A stretch of DNA of 64,000 nt, taken from an uncultured Dehalococcoidales bacterium (GTDB lineage Bacteria > Chloroflexota > Dehalococcoidia > Dehalococcoidales > UBA2162). The translations under genes were made by a program, and so were the position numbers. Position 1 is the first letter of the stretch, and each line of letters begins with the position of its first letter. Of this stretch, positions 45,929-54,471 are shown one piece after another. The stretch covers positions 2,824-66,823 of the forward strand of contig CAZBQL010000002.1 in assembly GCA_964493985.1 (NCBI GenBank), given 5' to 3'. Under the pieces are notes generated by a model. That model was not told the DNA's origin and searched no databases. It was given only the letters and a program-made list of their open reading frames with translations.

Positions 45929-48598
45929 CTAAAGGTCAAGTACTATCTTAGTCTCTTCGTTAGACAATTTTTCAAATCTACATCCTAACCGCCTGGCCAG
46001 GCCTAATGCCCGGTCATTTTCGTTAAGAACGGTGCCATAAACGCTAGCTAATTGCTTTTCCCGAGCTATCCCAACGATGATATCACATAACTTCAATCCC
46101 AGACCTACACCTTCAAAATCCTGGGCTACAATCCAGGCAAATTCACCTGAATCTTTACCAACAGGTACCGATAAAGAGCCTATACCCACAATACGATGTT
46201 CTTCAGCAGAGTTGTATTCAGCAATAATTGCCATTTCACGGTCATAATCGATATTGCACAAAAGGGTAAGCATATCGTGAGTCATCTCTTTAATTGCATG
46301 TGTAAAGCGATAACGTAAGGCCGTTTCCGAAAGGTTTTCAAAGAGATTCTTCTCAAGTATTTCATCGTCCGGTTTGACCGGTCTGAGGATGACCTGCCGG
46401 CCATCTTTGCTGGTCCACGGCTGAACGTAATGGGCGGGATACGGCATGATAATCAGATGAGGGTATTTCGATCCATCATCATCAATCGAGTCAGGATCTA
46501 AAATTATCCGTGTATCTAGAGCAGCAAGTTTTCCGTCACTCACAACAAGAGGATTTATGTCAATTTCTTTTATTTCCGGGAAATCAACAATCATGTCCGA
46601 TACCTTAACAAGAACATCATCAAGAAGACGTAAATCAATCGGCGGATTACTGCGAAAACCGTCACGTAACATGTTATAAATTCTCGTTTTTTCTATTATC
46701 CGTCTGGCCAGTATCTGGTTTAAGGGAGGTAATCCGGCAGCAACATCCTTGAAATACTCGGCTTCTACTCCGCCCCTGCCAAACATTATAACCACGCCGA
46801 AAACAGGGTCCTTTTTACATCCAATAATGAATTCGTAATCCGGAGTGTCCACCATCTTTTGTACGACGATTCCTTCGATATGACAGTCAGCATAATTCTT
46901 CATAACATTGGCAACAATTTTGTCATATTTGTCCTTTACCTCTTCATTTGATTGAATATTAAGAGCTATTCCTCCGATATCCGATTTATGGATAATATCC
47001 GGCGAAGAAACCTTGAGTGCTACCGGATACCCTATCCGGTTGGCTGCAATTACTGCAGCGTCCGGACTGGTTACTAATTCTTGAGGAGGGAAAGGAATAG
47101 AATACGTACTTATCAAGCGACGGGTATCTTCAGGATTTAAGAATGTGACCCGGTCTCGCAATAAGTGATTAATAATCGCTTTTATATGGTTTTTATTGAC
47201 ACCGATAATCGGATGTTCGCTAGGGGTTTCATAAAGCATTTCAAGATTACGAGTATGATTGTATATATAAAGGCAGGTACGAACAGCGTCTTCAGGATAC
47301 TCAAAAGTTGGAATTCGGTTATTACTAAAAATCTGCCTGGCTTCTGCTACATCATCACCCCCTATAAAGGAGGTGAGAATCGGTTTATTACTTTTCTTGG
47401 CTAGTTCAACTATAGCGTTCGCCAGGGCTACGGCTTCAGCTATTCCCTGCGGAGTAAAAATAACCAGGATACTGTCCACATTGCTATCTTTTATTACTAT
47501 TTCAATCGCCTTCATAAACCGCTGATAATCTGCATCCTCACGGATGTCTACAGGATTTGTTTTACTCCACTTCTCAGGAATTAACTGGTCCAGAGTGCCA
47601 ATGGTCTCTTCACTCAACGTAGCTAAAACTCCACCACGACTAATAAGAATATCTGTAGTAATCGCGGCAGGCCCTCCGCCGTTAGTAATAATAGCAAGCC
47701 TGTTGCCTTTGCATAAATGAATTGCATTCATCATAGATGCACAGTAAAATAGGTCTTTCATTTCTTCTACGCGTATGATTCCAGCACGCTGGAATAAGGC
47801 ATCATAATAGATATCTTCGCCCATTAGAGCTCCGGTGTGCGTCTTTGCTACGGCTACAGCTTCCTGTGATTTTCCCGGTTTAAGTGTTATTATGGGTTTA
47901 TTACGAGCAAACTCACGGGCTGCGCTCGAAAATTTCCGGGCATTTCCAATTGATTCTGGGTAGATAATGATACTTCTTGTTTCCGGATCTTGACCGAAAT
48001 AATCAATTACTTCAGCAAAATCTACCCCGGCCATAGAACCAAGAGATACGTAAGCACTAAACCCGATATTCTTACTTATCGCCCAATCAAGAATCCCTGA
48101 ACCGAGGGCACCACTTTGTGAGATAAAGGCTACATAACCAGGTTTGGGCATTTTCTGGATGAATGTAGTGTTAAGATTGGCACTTGGTCTAATAACACCC
48201 ATGCAATTAGGACCCATGATTTTAAGTTGATACTGATTAGAAAGTTCTATCAATTTCTCGTGGCGGTTAAGACCTTCATCCCCAATTTCACTAAATCCTG
48301 ATGATACAATGATCAGGGCTTTGACCCCTGCCTGTCCACATTCATCAACAATATCAACGACAGTATTAGCAGGTGTTATTATTACCGTTAAATCCGGTAA
48401 CTCCGGTAAAGAGTGAATAGTAGGATAACACTTGAGATCAAAGACAGAATCACGATTGGGGTTAACGGGATATATCTTTCTGCTATCATGAGCAAGCAAC
48501 AGATTTTCCAGCGTAATTCGCCCTGCCGCCCCTTCACGGTCTGTACTCCCCACAAGTGCAACACTTCGAGGATTAAAAAACGATCTCATCTCATCCAT
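45929..48598 (-). CDS. ADP-forming acetyl-CoA synthetase-like / GNAT acetyltransferase fusion (Pat/PatZ-type protein lysine acetyltransferase architecture)
   Basis: The N-terminal CoA-binding domain is FFNPRSVALVGSTDREG..YPVNP. Succinyl-CoA-synthetase-like flavodoxin and ATP-grasp regions follow. The C-terminal GNAT core is VAQDFEGVGLGLKL. Length is 889 aa. Confidence 0.85.
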   Translation of the reverse strand: MDEMRSFFNPRSVALVGSTDREGAAGRITLENLLLAHDSRKIYPVNPNRDSVFDLKCYPTIHSLPELPDLTVIITPANTVVDIVDECGQAGVKALIIVSSGFSEIGDEGLNRHEKLIELSNQYQLKIMGPNCMGVIRPSANLNTTFIQKMPKPGYVAFISQSGALGSGILDWAISKNIGFSAYVSLGSMAGVDFAEVIDYFGQDPETRSIIIYPESIGNARKFSSAAREFARNKPIITLKPGKSQEAVAVAKTHTGALMGEDIYYDALFQRAGIIRVEEMKDLFYCASMMNAIHLCKGNRLAIITNGGGPAAITTDILISRGGVLATLSEETIGTLDQLIPEKWSKTNPVDIREDADYQRFMKAIEIVIKDSNVDSILVIFTPQGIAEAVALANAIVELAKKSNKPILTSFIGGDDVAEARQIFSNNRIPTFEYPEDAVRTCLYIYNHTRNLEMLYETPSEHPIIGVNKNHIKAIINHLLRDRVTFLNPEDTRRLISTYSIPFPPQELVTSPDAAVIAANRIGYPVALKVSSPDIIHKSDIGGIALNIQSNEEVKDKYDKIVANVMKNYADCHIEGIVVQKMVDTPDYEFIIGCKKDPVFGVVIMFGRGGVEAEYFKDVAAGLPPLNQILARRIIEKTRIYNMLRDGFRSNPPIDLRLLDDVLVKVSDMIVDFPEIKEIDINPLVVSDGKLAALDTRIILDPDSIDDDGSKYPHLIIMPYPAHYVQPWTSKDGRQVILRPVKPDDEILEKNLFENLSETALRYRFTHAIKEMTHDMLTLLCNIDYDREMAIIAEYNSAEEHRIVGIGSLSVPVGKDSGEFAWIVAQDFEGVGLGLKLCDIIVGIAREKQLASVYGTVLNENDRALGLARRLGCRFEKLSNEETKIVLDL

Positions 48599-48745
48599 AG
48601 TACGTCTCCCTTACTTATACCAGATACGACGCAGATTATAAAAGCACAAAATTATAATATATGGATAGGTATTTAGCAACAATATCAATTTATCCGGAAA
48701 TGTATCCTGATCAAATTAAATGTATTAATGAGTTTATAGCTGTTT

Positions 48746-50710
48746 CTAATCAGGGATTCTCAGGGTTACTGTCGTTCCCTTACCGATTTCCGACTGTATA
48801 ATCAAAGTTCCACCAACCAGACGGGCTCTTTCTCTCATCCCGATAATCCCCAACCGTCCGGAGACAGCAAGGTCACTGGTCCGTTTAGGTAATACAAAGC
48901 CCTGCCCGTCATCACGTATAATTATGGTTAATGCGGCAGTCTCATGATCAAGAGTTATCCGAACAATTTTAGCTCCGGAATGTCTTCTAATATTACTTAA
49001 TACTTCCTGACAGATACGGAAAACAGCCAGTTCTTTATCAGGAACAAGCCTGAATTCAGCTTCCGAGAAATCAGCTTCGACCGATATTCCCGTATTTTTT
49101 TCAAGGTTTGATATTAACCACTCGAAAGCTGGTACAAGTCCAAGGTCATCCAGAATCGATGGTCTAAGGTCCTGGCTATAACGGCGCACTCCTTCGAGAG
49201 CGAGGTCCGCTATATCGTGAAGTTTATTGATCTCGTTTATCACGGGTTTCTCCAACCCCCGGGTTGACGACATCAATGAGTCCAGACCACGTGATAAATT
49301 CGCCAGGGCTTGCGCGGTATCATCATGCAATTCACGCGATATCCTTAACCGTTCATCTTCCTGTGCCCGGGTAATCTGAGTTATATAGTAGTCCATGTTT
49401 TTGCGAAGTTGTCTTTCCTCGGTCACATCCCTGGCAATAATCTGAGAGCCTATCTTGATATCATTACGGTATATAGGACCTACTTTCAGTTCAATTGAAG
49501 CTTCCGTTCCATCTTTCTTGATCAGAGATATTTCTTCAGTTTCCCTCAGTAATACAGGATCCGTATCTTCCAGCACTATCTTCTTGAGTTTATCGGAACT
49601 AACCCCGCTAAAAAGGTGAAATATCGTTGTATTTATTAGTTCATCCTGGCTATATCCGGTCAATTGGGTACATGCTTTGTTGACCATAATAATCCTGCCG
49701 GTCGTAGAATAAACCAGAATCGCTTCACTGGAATTTTCGAAGATCCCACGGTACCGTTCTTCTGATACCTGAAGTTGCTGCGTTATTATGCGTTCCTGCT
49801 GATAAAGGTTAGCGTTTTCAACGGCAATACCTATCTGGTATCCGACAGCCGATAGCAATTCTGCTTCCTCTGTCTGGAATTCACGCAGGTCGTACATAGC
49901 GATACAGATTGTACCGTTTACCTTATTTTTTGACATCATTGGGACTATCAGCGTGGAACGGACCTGGTATTTGCTTATAATTTCCCTGGTTAATCTGGGA
50001 TTCCTGGATGCATCCTCTACGATCAGGGGTTCTCCGGATTCGGCGACTCTGCCGTTAAATCCTTCACCGATTTTGAGTCTGTCTACCCCTCTGGCAAGCT
50101 CTTCATCAGCGCCACGATAAGTAGCCAGGGAAAGTTCACCTTTTTCGTCATCGACAAGAAATATCCAGGCGACATCAGCCTGTGTCAGGTCCATAATGTT
50201 ATCGATAGCATGATTAAGAATATTGTGTAGGTCCAGTGATTCTGAAACGGTGCTTGCTATCCGGTTTAAAGAAGCAAGCGTATTTTCATGATTCTTTATT
50301 ATCTGGATATCTGTCTGTAATTCCTGTTCCGTTTTTTTCAGCCGGTCAACCGTTAGTTGTTGCCGATGTATCAGCCAGGTCACCAGGATACCTATGAGCA
50401 GAAAGGCAACTGTTTCAATTATTGCTTCCAGTCTTTCGGACGATATGAATAATGCCCTGGGTAGCAGTCCCAGACTGATGAATATCGCTGTTATTAATCC
50501 ACCCTTTGATCTGAATACGAAGGCAGAGTATGCGACAGGGATAATAGAAAGGATCCGGTAAGTCGAATAGCGGATTACCTGTAAAGGCAAATGGAGGGCA
50601 AATGTTTCAAGAAACGGAATCTGCTCAGCGTAAAAAACGGTAGCTCCAACTCCCATGATTGCTAAGATTCCCCAAAAATGAAGATTTCTGAGTATCTGTC
50701 TCACCGACAA
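48746..50710 (-). CDS. Membrane sensor histidine kinase (TM - GAF - PAS - HisKA_3 - HATPase_c)
   Basis: About 4 N-terminal hydrophobic helices are present, then GAF-like and PAS-like (SEERYRGIFENSSEAILV) regions. The H-box is RISRELHDDTAQAL, followed by a C-terminal ATPase (GRLGIIGMRERARLVGG). The start is TTG 50710 or GTG 50704. Confidence 0.85.
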   Translation of the reverse strand: MSVRQILRNLHFWGILAIMGVGATVFYAEQIPFLETFALHLPLQVIRYSTYRILSIIPVAYSAFVFRSKGGLITAIFISLGLLPRALFISSERLEAIIETVAFLLIGILVTWLIHRQQLTVDRLKKTEQELQTDIQIIKNHENTLASLNRIASTVSESLDLHNILNHAIDNIMDLTQADVAWIFLVDDEKGELSLATYRGADEELARGVDRLKIGEGFNGRVAESGEPLIVEDASRNPRLTREIISKYQVRSTLIVPMMSKNKVNGTICIAMYDLREFQTEEAELLSAVGYQIGIAVENANLYQQERIITQQLQVSEERYRGIFENSSEAILVYSTTGRIIMVNKACTQLTGYSQDELINTTIFHLFSGVSSDKLKKIVLEDTDPVLLRETEEISLIKKDGTEASIELKVGPIYRNDIKIGSQIIARDVTEERQLRKNMDYYITQITRAQEDERLRISRELHDDTAQALANLSRGLDSLMSSTRGLEKPVINEINKLHDIADLALEGVRRYSQDLRPSILDDLGLVPAFEWLISNLEKNTGISVEADFSEAEFRLVPDKELAVFRICQEVLSNIRRHSGAKIVRITLDHETAALTIIIRDDGQGFVLPKRTSDLAVSGRLGIIGMRERARLVGGTLIIQSEIGKGTTVTLRIPD

Positions 50711-50727
50711 AAGCTCCTGGTTCCTTA

Positions 50728-51390
50728 TTAACTCAGGTCGTCGATACTGAGTAAACCTGTTTTTATCGATCGCAGGACAGCTTCAGTTCTTGAACTGACA
50801 TCCATTTTACGAAAGATATTTGCGAGATGAGTCTGTACTGTACGACGGCTTACAAACACGCTATCAGCAATGTCCTGGTTACTCATGCCCTTGGCCGCCA
50901 GCTTCAATATCTCCAGTTCACGTTCACTAATCTCTATATCCTGCACTGGCTCATGTTTACCTTTATCAGGTGCAAAACGACTTAAAACTTTCTGAGCAAT
51001 AACAGGATGTAATACAGATTCCCCGGTAAAGACAGAGCGTATAGCATTAATCAGTTCCGTACCGCGGACATTTTTTAACAGGTATCCTGCCGCTCCAGCT
51101 TCCAGGAGTGCCGAAATATATTTATCGTTATCGTACGCAGTTAATATGATTACAGCCGTAGATGGCCGTATGATTTTTATCCGCTTTGTCGCCTCGATGC
51201 CGTTTACTTCCGGCATCGATATATCCATCAGGACGATGTCAGGCTTCAGTTTCTCTACCATTTCAATGGCCTCTTTGCCATTTACAGCTTCGCCAACAAC
51301 CTCGATATCTTCTTCATTTTCTATCAGGTTTCGTGTCCCCTGACGAAAAAGTTCATGGTCGTCTGCGATTACTACCGTTATTTTGCTCAT
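50728..51390 (-). CDS. NarL/LuxR-family response regulator
   Basis: The receiver is ITVVIADDHELFRQG..PDIVLMDISMPEVNG and the C-terminal LuxR HTH is LSERELEILKLAAKGMSNQDIADSVFVSRRTVQTHLANIFRKM. I place the start at ATG 51390 rather than the track start at 51429. Confidence 0.9.
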   Translation of the reverse strand: MSKITVVIADDHELFRQGTRNLIENEEDIEVVGEAVNGKEAIEMVEKLKPDIVLMDISMPEVNGIEATKRIKIIRPSTAVIILTAYDNDKYISALLEAGAAGYLLKNVRGTELINAIRSVFTGESVLHPVIAQKVLSRFAPDKGKHEPVQDIEISERELEILKLAAKGMSNQDIADSVFVSRRTVQTHLANIFRKMDVSSRTEAVLRSIKTGLLSIDDLS

Positions 51391-51646
51391 TTCAACGCGA
51401 ATTACCTGTCGGTATGCATTCCGTACCAATTATAGTCCAATTTACATGAAGCGTTAAAACTTGTTTTTTCTTTACATTATCACTGAATACACACTCCGGC
51501 AACTTATAAAAGGGTAATTTGCACATAATACGTATCCAAAATACGCCCATTGTGAAGGAGTAAGCAGTGTAATTACTGTTTTTTTCAGCGTTGACCGGCA
51601 CTACTATGGTATTGGAACCAATTTATCTGTGAAGGAGGTGATAACG

Positions 51647-52012
51647 TTGAAATATTTGGCAGAGGATGAAAAACAAACAAGAAATTTTCCTCCTATTGCG
51701 CAGATTTTAAAGGAACTTGATAAAGACCTGAGAGTCGATACCATTGAAAAGGTACCCATTAAAAAGAAATCAGAGCAGCCTTCAGGGAAAGAGGCAATAC
51801 TTGCAGTTCTAACTCGAGCTGCTGATGACAACAAATTCCTGGCAAGGCTGGCAGAAGACCCCGGAAAAGTTCTTAGCGAGTATAACCTGACCCTGGAAGA
51901 AAAAGCAGCTCTTGGATCGGGTGATATTCTCCGGATCGAATCATGGGTAGGTAAGCTTGATACGCGATTATGTACATGGATTACCTGCCGTCTTCAGCAG
52001 GAAAAATGGTAA
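51647..52012 (+). CDS. Small protein whose C-terminal ~72 aa duplicates the C-terminal tail of the downstream FdhA (LigA-like helical domain)
   Basis: A strong SD (AGGAGG 51633-51638) precedes TTG 51647. The track start is GTG 51629. By my count, 52 of the last 72 aa are identical to FdhA residues encoded at 57214-57429. Confidence 0.55.
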   Translation: MKYLAEDEKQTRNFPPIAQILKELDKDLRVDTIEKVPIKKKSEQPSGKEAILAVLTRAADDNKFLARLAEDPGKVLSEYNLTLEEKAALGSGDILRIESWVGKLDTRLCTWITCRLQQEKW

Positions 52013-52016
52013 AAGA

Positions 52017-52559
52017 ATGGCGAGAACAATGAGCATATCTGAAACTGCAAGCAGGGATACTCAAACAATTCTGAAAGATGAACAGGCAATTAATGGTCGG
52101 TTAGATGAAATTTTAGCTTCGTATCGGGGAGATAAATCCGAACTGGTCTCCATTTTGCAGCATGTACAGCAGGATATGGGTTATCTGGCTGAAGACGTTT
52201 TAGGCCGAATAGCCAGATTTGTTGACACGCCGGCAAGTACCGTGTTCGGCGTAGCGACCTTCTATACTCAACTCAAGTTGAGACCGATCGGGAAAAACGT
52301 CATCAAGGTATGCCGGGGGACAGGCTGCTATGTTAAAGGGTCTCCTCAGATACTTGCGGAACTTGAAAAACACCTCGGCATTCAAGATGGAGAAACAACG
52401 GAAGACATGGAATTCACCCTGGAAACCGTTGCCTGCTTCGGTGCCTGTGCGCTGGCACCTGTAATGGTAATCAATGATGAGGTTTACGGGAAAATGACCG
52501 TCGATAAAGTAAAACAAATACTGGATACCTATAAAGAGAAGAAACCGAATGAAAAATAA
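52017..52559 (+). CDS. NuoE/HydC/FdsG-like [2Fe-2S] thioredoxin-fold subunit
   Basis: VFGVATFYTQLKLRPIGKNVIKVCRGTGCYVKG...TLETVACFGACALAPVM is the NuoE cluster-binding pattern. The start is ATG 52017. Confidence 0.85.
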   Translation: MARTMSISETASRDTQTILKDEQAINGRLDEILASYRGDKSELVSILQHVQQDMGYLAEDVLGRIARFVDTPASTVFGVATFYTQLKLRPIGKNVIKVCRGTGCYVKGSPQILAELEKHLGIQDGETTEDMEFTLETVACFGACALAPVMVINDEVYGKMTVDKVKQILDTYKEKKPNEK

Positions 52560-54429
52560 TTATGGTGAAAAAAGAACCGGAGATAAAGCAATAACTCGGA
52601 CCGTATTCGTCTGCCAGGGCACCGGTTGTGTTTCAGGAGGGTCCAGGAAAATTTACGATGCCCTTAAGGAGGAGATCGAATCGGCGAATCTGGAGAATGT
52701 GAAGGTTGATATCACCGGTTGTCATGGTTTTTGCCAGCAGGGACCGATCGTTAATATCGAACCCGAAGGATTTTTCTATACGGAGGTTCGATTAGAGGAC
52801 ATAAATGATATCGTCCATTCCCATCTGGTAAACGGGCAACCGGTAGAACGATTATTTTATCGGGACCTGACAACCGATATGCCCATACCTCTTTACCATG
52901 ATGTCCCCTTTTATAAGCAGCAGCATCGCGTTATCCTTCGCAATTGTGGTCATATTAATCCGGAGCGGATCGATGATTATATTGGAGTTGGGGGTTACGA
53001 AGCGATACGACGAGTCCTTTCAGAAATGACACCCGAGGAGGTAATAGAGGAAATCAAGCGGTCGGGATTAAGGGGGCGCGGAGGTGCCGGATTTTCTACC
53101 GGTCAGAAATGGGATTTTTGTAGAGCTGCACCGGGCAACGAAAAATATCTGATATGCAATGCTGACGAGGGTGATCCAGGAGCTTTCATGGACAGGAGTA
53201 TTTTGGAGGCAGATCCCCACTCGGTCCTGGAAGGTATGCTTATTGCCGGTTATGCCATTGGCGCTACGCACGGATATATTTATTGCCGTGCAGAATACCC
53301 TCTGGCAATAGAAAGGTTGAAGATTGCACTCGCCCAGATGCAGGAGCGTCACCTGCTCGGAGAAAAGATACTGAAATCTAATTTCAGCTTTGATATATCG
53401 ATAAAGGAAGGTGCCGGAGCCTTTGTCTGCGGTGAAGAGACAGCTCTTATGGCATCGATCGAGGGAGAACGAGGTATGCCCCGGCCTCGCCCACCATTCC
53501 CGGCGACATCCGGTTTGTGGGGGAAACCGACCAATATTAACAATGTAAAGACGCTGGCATCCGTATGTAGAATAATCGAGAAAGGGGCCGAATGGTTCTC
53601 GAATATCGGGACCGAAACCAGTAAAGGAACAGCAGTATTCGCCTTAACGGGGAAAATAAAGAACTCCGGTCTGATTGAAGTTCCAATGGGAATGACATTA
53701 TCCGACATTATATATGGAATCGGCGGAGGTATTCCAGGTAACAAACAGTTCAAAGCTGTGCAAACCGGAGGTCCGTCTGGAGGGTGTTTACCGGCAAGTA
53801 TGCTGCATCTTCCGGTAGAGTATGAATCTCTGGCGAAGGCCGGTTCCATAATGGGTTCGGGAGGAATGGTGGTACTTGATGAGGATACCTGTATGGTTGA
53901 TATTGCCCGATATTTTCTCTCCTTCACACAGCTTGAATCGTGCGGAAAGTGTATACAGTGCCGCTGGGGTACCAAGCAGATGCTGGATATCCTGGAAGAT
54001 ATTGTTGATGGAAGAGGAAAAGAAGGCGATATCGATCTGCTGCTGGAACTGGGTGAGGCTGTAAAGAACGGCTCGTTGTGTGCTTTAGGACAGACCGCAC
54101 CGAACCCGGTACTCACGACAATACGCTATTTTCGTGATGAATATGAAGAACATATTAACGAGAAACGATGCCGGGCACTATCCTGCAAAGCTTTACTGAC
54201 TTATACTATCGATCCTGACAAGTGCAAAGGATGTGGCCTTTGTGCTAAAGCCTGTCCTGTCACAGCTATCAGCGGTGAAAAGCGAGAAGCACATATTATC
54301 GACCAGGAAAAGTGCATCAAGTGTGGTACGTGCTTCAATGTCTGCCCGGATAAAGTTAAGGCTGTAGTGAAAACGTCCGGGAATGAAATCGCAGTTCCGG
54401 AGGCTGTCGGTACAGGCAGTAAGAACTGA
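52549..54429 (+). CDS. NuoF/HydB/FdsB-like FMN- and NAD(H)-binding subunit with extra Fe-S domains
   Basis: GLRGRGGAGFSTGQKW (FMN), ICNADEGDPGAFMDR (NADH) and ESCGKCIQCRWG (N3 cluster) are present. An N-terminal thioredoxin-like 2Fe-2S domain (VCQGTGCVS...GCHGFCQQGP) and a C-terminal 2x[4Fe-4S] domain (CKGCGLCAKACP, CIKCGTCFNVCP) flank them. Confidence 0.9.
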   Translation: MKNNYGEKRTGDKAITRTVFVCQGTGCVSGGSRKIYDALKEEIESANLENVKVDITGCHGFCQQGPIVNIEPEGFFYTEVRLEDINDIVHSHLVNGQPVERLFYRDLTTDMPIPLYHDVPFYKQQHRVILRNCGHINPERIDDYIGVGGYEAIRRVLSEMTPEEVIEEIKRSGLRGRGGAGFSTGQKWDFCRAAPGNEKYLICNADEGDPGAFMDRSILEADPHSVLEGMLIAGYAIGATHGYIYCRAEYPLAIERLKIALAQMQERHLLGEKILKSNFSFDISIKEGAGAFVCGEETALMASIEGERGMPRPRPPFPATSGLWGKPTNINNVKTLASVCRIIEKGAEWFSNIGTETSKGTAVFALTGKIKNSGLIEVPMGMTLSDIIYGIGGGIPGNKQFKAVQTGGPSGGCLPASMLHLPVEYESLAKAGSIMGSGGMVVLDEDTCMVDIARYFLSFTQLESCGKCIQCRWGTKQMLDILEDIVDGRGKEGDIDLLLELGEAVKNGSLCALGQTAPNPVLTTIRYFRDEYEEHINEKRCRALSCKALLTYTIDPDKCKGCGLCAKACPVTAISGEKREAHIIDQEKCIKCGTCFNVCPDKVKAVVKTSGNEIAVPEAVGTGSKN

Positions 54430-54471
54430 TACAGGTATTGAAAGGGCAAGATATACTGGAGGTAATCGAAA

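Noticed and set aside
51585-51612. A sigma-54-like element (GGCAC-N5-TGGT) upstream of the small ORF/FDH operon.
   Set aside because: The -12 element reads GGT rather than the consensus TGC, and no enhancer-binding-protein gene is nearby (the local regulators are NarL-type). The match is too weak to call.
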